DNA of 64,000 nucleotides from Mustelus asterias (Eukaryota): assembly GCF_964213995.1 (NCBI RefSeq), contig NW_027590120.1, forward strand, positions 1,178,001 to 1,242,000, in the 5' to 3' direction. Position numbers and translations under genes: made by a program. A model generated the notes under the pieces. The model saw nothing but the letters and a program-made list of their open reading frames with translations. It was not told where the DNA came from and ran no database searches. Below are positions 11,768 to 22,284 of the stretch, piece after piece (position 1 is the stretch's first letter; each line of letters opens with the position of its first letter).

Positions 11768-12677
11768 NNNNNNNNNNNNNNNNNNNNNNNNNNNNNNNNN
11801 NNNNNNNNNNNNNNNNNNNNNNNNNNNNNNNNNNNNNNNNNNNNNNNNNNNNNNNNNNNNNNNNNNNNNNNNNNNNNNNNNNNNNNNNNNNNNNNNNNNN
11901 NNNNNNNNNNNNNNNNNNNNNNNNNNNNNNNNNNNNNNNNNNNNNNNNNNNNNNNNNNNNNNNNNNNNNNNNNNNNNNNNNNNNNNNNNNNNNNNNNNNN
12001 NNNNNNNNNNNNNNNNNNNNNNNNNNNNNNNNNNNNNNNNNNNNNNNNNNNNNNNNNNNNNNNNNNNNNNNNNNNNNNNNNNNNNNNNNNNNNNNNNNNN
12101 NNNNNNNNNNNNNNNNNNNNNNNNNNNNNNNNNNNNNNNNNNNNNNNNNNNNNNNNNNNNNNNNNNNNNNNNNNNNNNNNNNNNNNNNNNNNNNNNNNNN
12201 NNNNNNNNNNNNNNNNNNNNNNNNNNNNNNNNNNNNNNNNNNNNNNNNNNNNNNNNNNNNNNNNNNNNNNNNNNNNNNNNNNNNNNNNNNNNNNNNNNNN
12301 NNNNNNNNNNNNNNNNNNNNNNNNNNNNNNNNNNNNNNNNNNNNNNNNNNNNNNNNNNNNNNNNNNNNNNNNNNNNNNNNNNNNNNNNNNNNNNNNNNNN
12401 NNNNNNNNNNNNNNNNNNNNNNNNNNNNNNNNNNNNNNNNNNNNNNNNNNNNNNNNNNNNNNNNNNNNNNNNNNNNNNNNNNNNNNNNNNNNNNNNNNNN
12501 NNNNNNNNNNNNNNNNNNNNNNNNNNNNNNNNNNNNNNNNNNNNNNNNNNNNNNNNNNNNNNNNNNNNNNNNNNNNNNNNNNNNNNNNNNNNNNNNNNNN
12601 NNNNNNNNNNNNNNNNNNNNNNNNNNNNNNNNNNNNNNNNNNNNNNNNNNNNNNNNNNNNNNNNNNNNNNNNNNNNN
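11768..12677. other. Assembly gap (910 N)
   Basis: Run of N. Confidence 1.
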
Positions 12678-13086
12678 CCCCGGGCTTTGCCCCCCCCCCC
12701 GGGCTTTGCCCCCCCCCGGGCTTTGGCCCCCCCCGGGCTTTGCCCCCCCCGGGCTTTGCCCCCCCCCCCGGGCTTTGCCCCCCCCGACTTGCCCCCCCCG
12801 GGCTTTGCCCCCCCCGACTTGCCCCCCCCCCGACTTGCCCCCCCCCCGGGCTTTGCCCCCCCCGACTTCCCCCCCCCGACTTGCCCCCCCCGACTTGCCC
12901 CCCCCGACTTGCCCCCCCCCCGACTTGCCCCCCCCGACTTGCCCCCCCCGACTTGCCCCCCCCCGACTTGCGCCCCCCCGACTTGCCCCCCCCGACTTGC
13001 ACCCCCCCCGACTTGCCCCCCCCCCCCGACTTGCCCCCTCCCCGACTTGCACCCCCCCCGACTTGCACCCCCCCGACTTGCCCCCC
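12678..13086. repeat. C-rich minisatellite (GACTTGCn / GGGCTTTGCn units)
   Basis: Direct inspection. G-runs on the minus strand. Confidence 0.9.
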
Positions 13087-13299
13087 AACTCCTTTTCCCG
13101 CCCCACCAACAGACCCAAAACCCGCTGCTGAATCTCCTCCCCCCCCTCCCCTTCCTGCCAATGCCCTATAGATTCCTCTCTCAGCTCAATCCCCCCCGAA
13201 CCCCTCTCCTGAACCCACTCCTGAACCCAAGACAGGCTAAAAAGATGTGTATTGTCTCCAGACAATGCCTGGACAGTTGCCTAGACCTGCAGAGTTTCA

Positions 13300-13612
13300 C
13301 TGGCTGTCTTGTCTGGAGACAATACACATCCTTTTAGCCTGTCTGGATGCTCTCTCCACTCCCATTGTTTTGTTTCTTAAAGACTTGATTAGTTGTAAGT
13401 ATTCGCATTCCAACCATTATTCATGTAAATTGAGTTTGTGTCTTTATATGCTCTGTTTGTGAACAGAATTCCCACTCACCTGAAGAAGGGGCTTAGAGCT
13501 CCGAAAGCTTGTGTGGCTTTTACTACCAAATAAACCTGTTGGACTTTAACCTGGTGTTGTTAAACTTCTTACTGTGTTTACCCCAGTCCAACGCCGGCAT
13601 CTCCACATCATG
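13300..13612 (+). mobile_element. Penelope-like element terminal repeat carrying a hammerhead motif
   Basis: Contains CTGAAGA..GAAA, AATAAA and the terminus CCCCAGTCCAACGCCGGCATCTCCACATCA, which recurs inverted at about 29932-29970. Family assignment is from recognition, not from a search. Confidence 0.55.
13472..13516 (+). ncRNA. Putative minimal type I hammerhead ribozyme
   Basis: CAC-CUGAAGA-A-GGGGCU(UAG)AGCUCC-GAAA-GC-UU-GUG gives core boxes CUGANGA and GAAA, a 6-bp stem II, stem I CAC/GUG, a palindromic AAGCUU in place of stem III, and a UH cleavage site. Confidence 0.55.
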
Positions 13613-13724
13613 TGAAAGAAAGATACAGGGGGGCGATCTTACCGGCTCGACTCGCCGCTCGATTAGACCGGTGAGCCAGGAAGATAGCGTGCGAGACTGG
13701 CTGGGAGTTTTGCTAGTGCAGTTC

Positions 13725-16700
13725 GGGTGGGTTTAAACTAATATGGCAGGGGGGTGGGGATCAAAAAATTAGTTCTACAAGTGTAGAGGCTGGGGACGAG
13801 CTTGGGGCCAGGACAAGGCTGGCAAAGAAGAAGAACACTCTGGGGGAGGATGACCTCACTGGGCCTGGAGGTCTGGAGTGCATCTACTTCACTGCAAGGA
13901 GCGTCGCATGTAAGACAGACGAACTTAGGGCCTTAATGCTTACGAGGAATGTGGATGTGGTTGCGGTGACAGAGACTTGGTTGAAAGAGGGACAGGACTG
14001 GCAGCTGAATATTCCGGGGTACAAGTGTTTTAGGCGAGACAGAGGAGGGGCCATAAGAGGTGGGGGAGTAGCAGTATTAGTTGGAGAGCATATTACAGCG
14101 GTGCAGAGGGAGGACAACTCAGAGGGGTCGTGTAACGAGTCACTGTGGATGGAGCTCAGAAACAGGAAGGGCACAGTCACTATGTTGGGGGTATACTACA
14201 GGCCCGCCAACAGCCTAAGGGAAGTGGAAGAATGGATATGTCAGGAGATAATGGATAGGTGCAGGAAAAATAGGGTTGTTGCAGTGGGAGACTTTAATTT
14301 CCCTGGTACAGACTGGAAATCGCCAAGGGCTGGGAGTCTGAATGGGGAGGAATTTGTAAAATGCGTACAGGAGGGTTCTTTGGAACAATATGTAGATAGC
14401 CCGACAAGAGAGGGGGCTATACTGGACCGAGTACTGAGGAATGAGCTCGGTCAGGTCTTCAAAGTTTCGGTAGGGGAACATGTGGCAAATAGTGACCACA
14501 ATTCTGTTAGCTTTAGGATAGTGATGGAAAAGGATGAGTGGTGTCCCAAGGGTAAGGTGTTGGATTGGGGGAACGCTAAATTTAATGGGATTAGGCAGAA
14601 ATTGGCAGCTGTTGATTGGGAGAGGCTGTTTGAGGGTAAATCCACATCTGGCATGTGGGAGTCTTTTAAGGAACAGTTGTTAGGGCTGCAGGATAGGCAT
14701 GTGCCCGTAAAAAAGAAGGATAGGAAGGGTAGGATTCGAGAACCGTGGATAACCAGGGAAATTGAGGGATTGGTCAAAAAGAAAAGAGTGGTGTACGTTA
14801 GGTCCAGGCAGCTAAAAACGGAGGGAGCTCTGGAGGAATACAAAGAAAGTAGGCAAGAACTCAAACGAGGAATTAGAAGGGCAAAAACGGGTCACGAAAT
14901 GTCCTTGGCAGACAGGATTAAGGAGAATCCCAAGGCATTTTATTCATACGTTAGGAACAAAAGGGTTGTCAGGGAAAATATCGGACCTCTCAGGGACAAA
15001 AGTGGGGAATTATGCTCAGAGCCCAAAGAAGTCGGGGAGATTCTAAATGAATACTTTGCGTCGGTATTCACAAAGAAGAGGGATGTTTTGACTGGGAGTG
15101 TCTCGGAGGGGAGTGTTGACCCGTTAGAGAAAATCTCCATTACAAGGGAGGAAGTGTGAGGTTCTTTAGGGAATATAAAGACTGACAAATCCCCAGGGCC
15201 TGATGGAATCTATCCCAGGTTGCTCAGGGAGAGGAGAGATGAAATCGCTGGGCCTCTGACGCAAGTCTTTGTACTCGTCACTGGACACAGGTGACGTCCC
15301 AGAGGATTGGAGGATAGCTAATGTGGTCCCGTTATTTAAGAAGGGTAGGAAGGATAACCCGGGTAATTATAGGCCGGTGAGCTTGACGTCCGTGGTGGGG
15401 AAGTTGTTGGAGAAGATTCTTAGAGATAGGATGTATGCGCATTTAGAAAGGAATAAACTCATTAACGATAGTCAGCATGGTTTTGTGAAAAGGAGGTCAT
15501 GCCTCACTAACCTGGTGGAGTTTTTTGAAGAAGTGACCAAAATGGTTGACGAGGGAAGGGCCGTGGATGTCGTCTATATGGACTTTAGTAAAGCGTTTGA
15601 CAAAGTCCCTCATGGTAGGCTGGTGAAAAAGGTTGGATCTCATGGGATAAAGGGGGAGGTGGCTAGATGGGTGGAGAACTGGCTTGGTCACAGAAGACAG
15701 AGGGTGGTAGTGGAAGGGTCTTTTTCTGGCTGGAGTCCTGTGACTAGTAGTGTTCCGCAGGGCTCTGTATTGGGACCTCTGCTGTTTGTGATTTATATAA
15801 ACGATCTGGAAGAAGGTGTAACTGGGGTGATCAGTAAGTTTGCGGACGACACAAAATTGGCAGGACTTGCAGATAGTGAGGAGCATTGTCAGAGGCTACA
15901 GAAGGATATAGATAGGCTGGAAATTTGGGCAACGAAATGGCAGATGGAACTCAATCCTGATAAATGCGAAGTGATGCATTTTGGTAGAAATAATGTCGGG
16001 AGGAGCTATCCGATAAATTGCAGAACCATAAAGGGTGTAGATACGCAGAGGGACCTGGGTGTGCAAGTCCACAGATCCTTGAAGGTGACGTCACAGGTGG
16101 AGAAGGTAGTGAAGAAGGCATATGGCATGCTTGCCTTTATAGGATGGGGCATAGAGTATAAAAGTTGTGGTCTGATGTTGCAGTTGTATAGAACGTTGGT
16201 TCGGCCGCATTTGGAATACTGCGTCCAGTTCTGGTCGCCACACTACCAGAAGGACATGGAGGCTTTGGAGAGAGTACAGAGGAGGTGTACCAGGATGTTG
16301 CCTGGTATGGAAGGGCTTAGTTATGAGGAGAGATTGGGTAAACTGGGGTTGTTCTCACTGGAAAAACGGAGGATGGGGGGGGTGACCTAATAGACGTGTA
16401 TAAAATTATGAAAGACATAGATAGGGTGAACGGTGGGAAGCTTTTTCCCAGGTCGGTGGTGACGTTCACGAGGGGTCATAGGTTCAAGGTGAGGCGGGGG
16501 GCGGGGGGGGGGGGTGAGGATTAACACGGATATCAGAAGGACGTATTTTACACAGAGGGTGGTGGGGGCCTGGAATGCGCTGCCAGGCAAGGTGGTGGAG
16601 GCGGATACACTGGGAATGTTTAAGACTTACCTAGATAGCCACATGAATGGAGTGGAAATGGAGGGATACAAAAGCATGGACTAGTTTGGACCAGGGAGCG

Positions 16701-16750
16701 CCACGGGCTTGGAGGGCCAAATGGCCTGTTCCTGTGCTGTATTGTTCTTT
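13725..16750 (+). mobile_element. CR1 LINE ORF2 (APE endonuclease plus RT), disrupted, with 3' UTR
   Basis: ORF 13936-15159 (VTETWL, GGGVA, YRP, GDFN, SDH) and ORF 15269-16390 (RT, FADDTK). Confidence 0.95.
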
Positions 16751-16751
16751 A

Positions 16752-17690
16752 AAATCAGATGCACAAAGGAATTTGGGAGTCCCTGTTGAAGATTCTCTGA
16801 AAGTTAACGTGCAGGTTCAGTCGGCAGTTAGGAAGGCAAATGGAAGGCTAGCATTCATGTCGAGAGGGCTAGAATATAAGAGCAGGGATGTATTTCTGAG
16901 GCTATATAAGGCTCTGGTCAGACCCCATTTGGAGTATTGTGAACAGTTTTGGGCCCCAGTTTAGAAAGATGAGGGGGGATCTTATTGAAACTTATAGGAT
17001 ACTGCGAGGTCTGGATCGAGTGGACGTGCAGAGGATGTTTCCACCAGTAGGAAAAACTAGAACCAGAGGGCAAAAATCAGTTAAGTGCCAGTGGTGTTGA
17101 GGGTAAGATCCTGGCATGGATAGAGGGTTGGCTGACTGGCAGGAGTCAGAGTTGGCATGAAGTGTCTTTTTTCAGGACAGCAGCCAGTGACCAGTCGTGT
17201 GCCTCAGGGGTCGTTGCTGGGACCACAACTTTTCTCAATATACATTCATGATTTGGAAGAACGAAATGAAGGCACTGTTGCTCAGTTTGCAGATGATACA
17301 AAGATATGTAGATGGACAGGGAGTATTGAGGAAGGGAAGTGAAGGGAGGGGAGGGTGCGGTTGGCAGCAGAAGGACTTCGGACAGGTTAGGAGAGTGGGT
17401 AAAGAGCTCAGACTAAAAGGACGATCTTTTAAAACAGATAAGGAGGAATTTCTTCAGCCAGAGAATGGTGAATCTGTGGAACGTTTTGCTGCAGAAGGCT
17501 GAGGAGGCCAGATCATTTACTGTCTTTAAGACAGAGACAGATAGGTTCTTGGTTAATAAGGGGATCAGGGGTTATGGGAAAAGGCAGGACAATGGGGATG
17601 AGAAAAACATCAGCCATTGAATGGCAGAGTAGACTCGATGGGCCGAGTGGCCCAGTTCTGCTTATGTCTTAAGGTCTCTTATGGTCTGGG
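16752..17690 (+). mobile_element. Rearranged CR1 fragments
   Basis: LVRPHLEYCEQFWAP, VPQGSLLGP and FADDTK remnants out of order, plus a 3' UTR. Confidence 0.75.
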
Positions 17691-18029
17691 GAATGAGGGA
17701 TACATATGGACAGAAGGAGCATTTGGAATATGTTCCGAGTGCAGGGATTTGGGGTGGTGTTTTGAGGGCAGTTTGGGGTGGTGAGGAATGGGGTTGATGC
17801 TGTTTGTTTGTGTGAGGGAGGGGGGAGCGAACTCCCCTGTTTCAAATCCACCCTGGGTTTGCACCATACCTGTCCTCAAGGTATCATTAGGTGCGCAGCC
17901 TCATCTGGTTCAGAACATCAGGTTCATTTCCGCACCAACGTCGCTCAATCAATATGTCCAAACACTTCCAGAGGTTCAGGCCCACGCCAGGTTCACACTC
18001 ACCCCAGTTTCACAATCATAGAAACATTG

Positions 18030-19370
18030 AAATATAAGAACAGCAGGAGCAGGCCATTCGGCCCTTGGAGCCTGCTCCGCCATTCAGTTTGATCATGGCT
18101 GATCATCAACTTCAATATCCTGATCATCCCTTGCTCCCACATCCCGTGATCACTTTAGCCCCAAGAGCTATGTTTAATTTCTTCCTGAAATCACGAAAGG
18201 TTTTGGCCTCAGCTACTTTCTGTGGTAATGAAGTCCATAGATCATCAGAGTGGAGAAATTTCTCCTCACCTCTGTTCTAAAAGGTTGATGCTTATCCTCA
18301 AACCATGAACCCTAGTCCTCAACTCCCTGAGCATCGGGAACATTCTTTCTGAATCTACCCTGTCTAAACCTGTTCCAATATTATATGTTTCATTCTAATG
18401 AACTCCAATGAATAAAGCCCTAACCGACTTAGTCTCTCTTCATATCACAGACTTGCCATCCCAGGAATCAGCCTGGTAAACATTCGCTGTACTCCCTCGA
18501 TAGCGAGGATATCCTTCCTCAGATAAGGACACCAAAACTGCACACAATACTCGAAGTGTGGCCTCAGCAATGCCCTGTACAGCTGCAGTAACACATCTCT
18601 CTTCCTGTACTCAAATCTTATCCCAATGAAGGCCAGCATTACAGTTGTCTTCTTCACTGCCTGTTGTACATGCGCGCTGACTTTCAGTTACTGATGCATA
18701 CGGACACCAAAGTCGCTGAGTATCCACCTCTCTCAATTTACACCCATTCAAGTAATAATCTGTCTTCCTATTATTGCTGCTAAATTGGATAACCTCACAT
18801 TTACCCACATTTTACTGCAACTGCTTTGCACGTGCCCACACATTGAGCCTGTTCAAATCACACTGAAGCATGTCTGTATGTTTCTCATAGCTCACCCTCA
18901 TCCACCTTTTATCATCTGAAAATTTGGAGATGATACATTTCGTTCCATTTTCAGAATAATTAATATATAATGTGAGCAGTTGGGGTCCGTGCACAGATTC
19001 CTGCAGAACCCCACGAGACACTGACTGCTAATCAGAAAAAGGCCCATTTATTGCCAACTCTTTGCTTTCTATCAGCGAACCAGCTTTCTATCCATCTCAA
19101 AACATTGCCTGCAATCCCATGTGCTTTCACTTTACATGGCAGTCTGTTGTGTGAGACCTTGTCCAAAGCCTTCTGAAAGTCTAAATAAACCACATCCACT
19201 GGTTCTCCTCAGTGAACTCTACGAGTTGCATCCTCAAAAAATTCCAATAGATTCTTCAAACAATATTTCCCCTCTGTAAATCCATGCTGACTTTGTCTGA
19301 TTTTCCCACTGCCTTCCAAATGCTGAGTTATGAAATCATTGATAAATCCTCCAGCTCCAACTTCCCCTGT
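18030..19370 (-). mobile_element. Degraded CR1 LINE RT/3' part
   Basis: ORF fragments 18445-19409 with RT motifs. Confidence 0.85.
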
Positions 19371-19514
19371 GCTGACGATTGGATCACTGGGATCAGTATA
19401 TCTTATCACTGATCATGTGTCTGTAAAATGCTGACATGTAGATCAGTCACAGAGTAGCAGCATAGAGCAGCTCACACACACATTTAGACAAAAACAATGG
19501 TAATAGTCACTTAC

Positions 19515-19563
19515 CAGGAACACCAATAACTCCATGGATCAGGTGGTATATTTTCTTCACCAT
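19515..19563 (-). pseudogene. Relic first exon of a third GPR139/142-like GPCR, cut by a CR1 insertion
   Basis: Minus strand (M)VKKIYHLIHGVIGVP followed by phase-1 G|GTAAGT. This is the same (I/V)GVP exon end as the two intact GPCR genes. Confidence 0.6.
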
Positions 19564-20893
19564 GTTTTTGAGGAAGAGAAGGTGTTACAAGCTAATAGGC
19601 AGGAGGAAGTAGATGTTCGGAGGGAGGATGTACTAGCAGTTTTGAATAGACTGAAGGTTGATAAGTCCCCTGGGCCTGATGAAATATATCCAAGGACTCT
19701 TTGGAGGCAAGGGTTGAGATTGCAGAGCCTTTGGCTATGATCTTTGGGTGCTCACTGTCCATGGCGATGGTGCCAGAGGACTGGAGAGTGGCGAATGTTG
19801 TTCCTCTGTTTAAGAAAGGGAATAGAAATGACCCTGGTAATTATAGGCTGGTTAATCTTACTTCGGTGGTTCCCATCCATGGGATGGGATTTACGACCAT
19901 TTAGAAAGATGCGGATTAATCCGGGCTAGTCAGCACGGATTTGTGAAGGGCAAGTCGTGCCTCACAAATTTGACAGAATTTTTGAGGAGGTAACTCAGTG
20001 TGTTGATGAAGGTAGGGCAGTTGATGTCATGTACATGGATTTTAGTACGGCGTTTGATAAGGTCCCCCATGGTCGGCTTATGATGAAAGTAAGAAGGTGT
20101 GGGATAGAGGGAAAGTTGGACGATTGGATAGGTAACTGTCTTCGATCAGATAGCCAGAGGGTGGTGGTGGATGGAAAATTTTCGGACTGGAGGCAGGTTG
20201 CTATCGGAGTGCCACAGGGATCAGTGCTTGGTCCTCCGCTATTTTGTGATTTTTATTAATGACATAGAGGAAGGGGCTGAAGGGTGGATCAGTAAATGTA
20301 CTGATGTCACCAAGATTGGTGGAGTAGTGGATGAGGTGGAGGGCTGTTGTAGGCTGCAGAGAGACATTGATAGGATGCAGAGCTGGGCCGAAAAATGGCA
20401 GATGGAGTTTAACCCTGATAAATGTGAGGTGATTCATTTTGGTAGGACTAATTTAAATGTGGATTACAGGGTCAAAGGTAGGGTTCTGTGCAGGAACAGA
20501 GATCTTGGTGTCCATATCCACAGATCGCTGAAGGTTGCCACTCAAGTGGATAGAGCTGTGAAGAAGGCCTATAGTGTGTTAGCTTTTATTAACAGGGGGT
20601 TGGAGTTTAAGAGCCGTGGGGTTATGCTGCAACTATACAGGACCTTGGTGAGACCACATTTGGAATATTGTGTGCAGTTCTGGTCACCTCATTATAAGAA
20701 GGATGTGGAAGCGCTGGAAAGAGTGCAGAGGAGATTTACCAGGATGCTGCCTGGTTTGGAGGGTAGGTCTTTTGAGGAAAGGTTGAGGGAGCTCGGGCTG
20801 TTCTCTCTGGAGTGGAGGAGGTTGAGGGAAGACTTAATAGAGGTTTATAAAATGATGAAGGGGATAGATAGAGTGAACGTACAAAGACTATTT
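19560..20893 (+). mobile_element. CR1 LINE RT fragment, same subfamily as 35845-38424 and 42828-46765, running into a gap
   Basis: Frameshifted RT ORFs 19534-21067. Confidence 0.9.
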
Positions 20894-21022
20894 NNNNNNN
20901 NNNNNNNNNNNNNNNNNNNNNNNNNNNNNNNNNNNNNNNNNNNNNNNNNNNNNNNNNNNNNNNNNNNNNNNNNNNNNNNNNNNNNNNNNNNNNNNNNNNN
21001 NNNNNNNNNNNNNNNNNNNNNN
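20894..21022. other. Assembly gap (129 N)
   Basis: Run of N. Confidence 1.
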
Positions 21023-21249
21023 GGGGTGGTGTGGGGGGGGGTGTGGTGGGGGGGTGTCGTCCTGTAATTGAAGTTGAATCTGGATGGTTTGGTGTCCAAG
21101 GAGGCTGTGGGATGTTTTTTTGAACCTGCTTTTACTATTTGGGTCGTTGCAGGCCGTTGGATGATGAGTAATATGACACTGTCCGAACGTGTTAATTTCT
21201 GTTCAACTTCATCTAATGCACAAATTCCTGACTGATGCAGGGTGGTCCA

Positions 21250-21350
21250 TTTTCCACCATCTGCCGTGACGGGATTCGAACCCGAGTGCCCAGAACATTA
21301 GCTGAGTTTCTGTATTAATAGTCCAATGATAAAACCACCAGTCCATCGCA
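21250..21350 (-). mobile_element. tRNA-derived SINE head (family distinct from HE1)
   Basis: Minus strand contains the B-box-like GGGTTCGAATCCCG and an A-box-like start. Confidence 0.5.
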
Positions 21351-21508
21351 TCCACACCCTGAGTGTACCCACCCTGAGTTCTGGTAACCTAGACACACCA
21401 TATTATATACGTCTGCAGGGTTCCCGGATTGGGCAGCATTAACTGTCTCAATCAGGGAGCTCATATTCCAATAACTCCACCTGATGGGTATCGTTAAAAT
21501 CATTAAGT

Positions 21509-22210
21509 ATGTCTCTCTCTCTCACCGTCTCTTTCTGTCTTTCTGAGCATCCCTCTCTGTATCTCTCTCTCTCTCTCTCTCTGTGTGTCTCTGTCTCTGC
21601 CTGTTTCTCTGTTTCTCTTACTGGCTCTCTGCACCTCCCTCATTCACCTTCTCTCTACACTCTTCCTCTGTGTCTCCTCCCCCCTCTCAGTCTCACTCTC
21701 CTTCTCCCTCTCCTTCTCTGTCCCCCTTTTCTTATTTCTCTGTCTTTCTCTCTCTCCACCTCGCTCTGTCTTTTGCTCTTGCTGTGTCCATTGTACTCAT
21801 TCAGTCTCACTGTTTCAAATTCGCTGACGCTCTCTGTCTCTGTATCTGTTTCCCTCTGCCTCCCTTTCTGTCTCCCTTTCCATCTTAGTCTCCCTCTCTC
21901 ATTAATTCCTCCCATCAGTCTCCCTCTGTCTCCCTTTCTCATTCCCTGTCCATCTCCCTCCCCATTTCCCCCAATCTCTATCCCTGCTTTTCTCGCTCTG
22001 TGAGACTCCCTATCTGTCTCTGTCCTTTCTCTCTGTCTCTCTCTCTCTCTCTTTGTCTCTTTCCCTGTATCTGTTAGAAACTCTTTCAAACTCTGTCACA
22101 CTCCATGTATTTGTGCCCTTCCCTCTCTCTGTCAATCGCTGTCTCTCTATCACTCTCACTGTTGCTCTCACTGCGCTGTCTCTCTCTCTATCTGTCACTG
22201 TTTCTGACTC
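21509..22210. repeat. CT-rich low-complexity tract
   Basis: Direct inspection. Confidence 0.9.
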
Positions 22211-22284
22211 TGTGAGGCTGTTTGTTATTTACAGTTTGAATGTCCAATAGGAAGAGTCAGGGGTCTTGTGGTTGTAGTTTCCTC

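Noticed and set aside
11480-13337. Long Pro/Gly-rich ORFs
   Set aside because: Artefacts of an N gap and low-complexity satellites.
21509-22250. Leu/Ser-rich and Arg/Glu-rich ORFs
   Set aside because: Translations of a CT/GA low-complexity tract.
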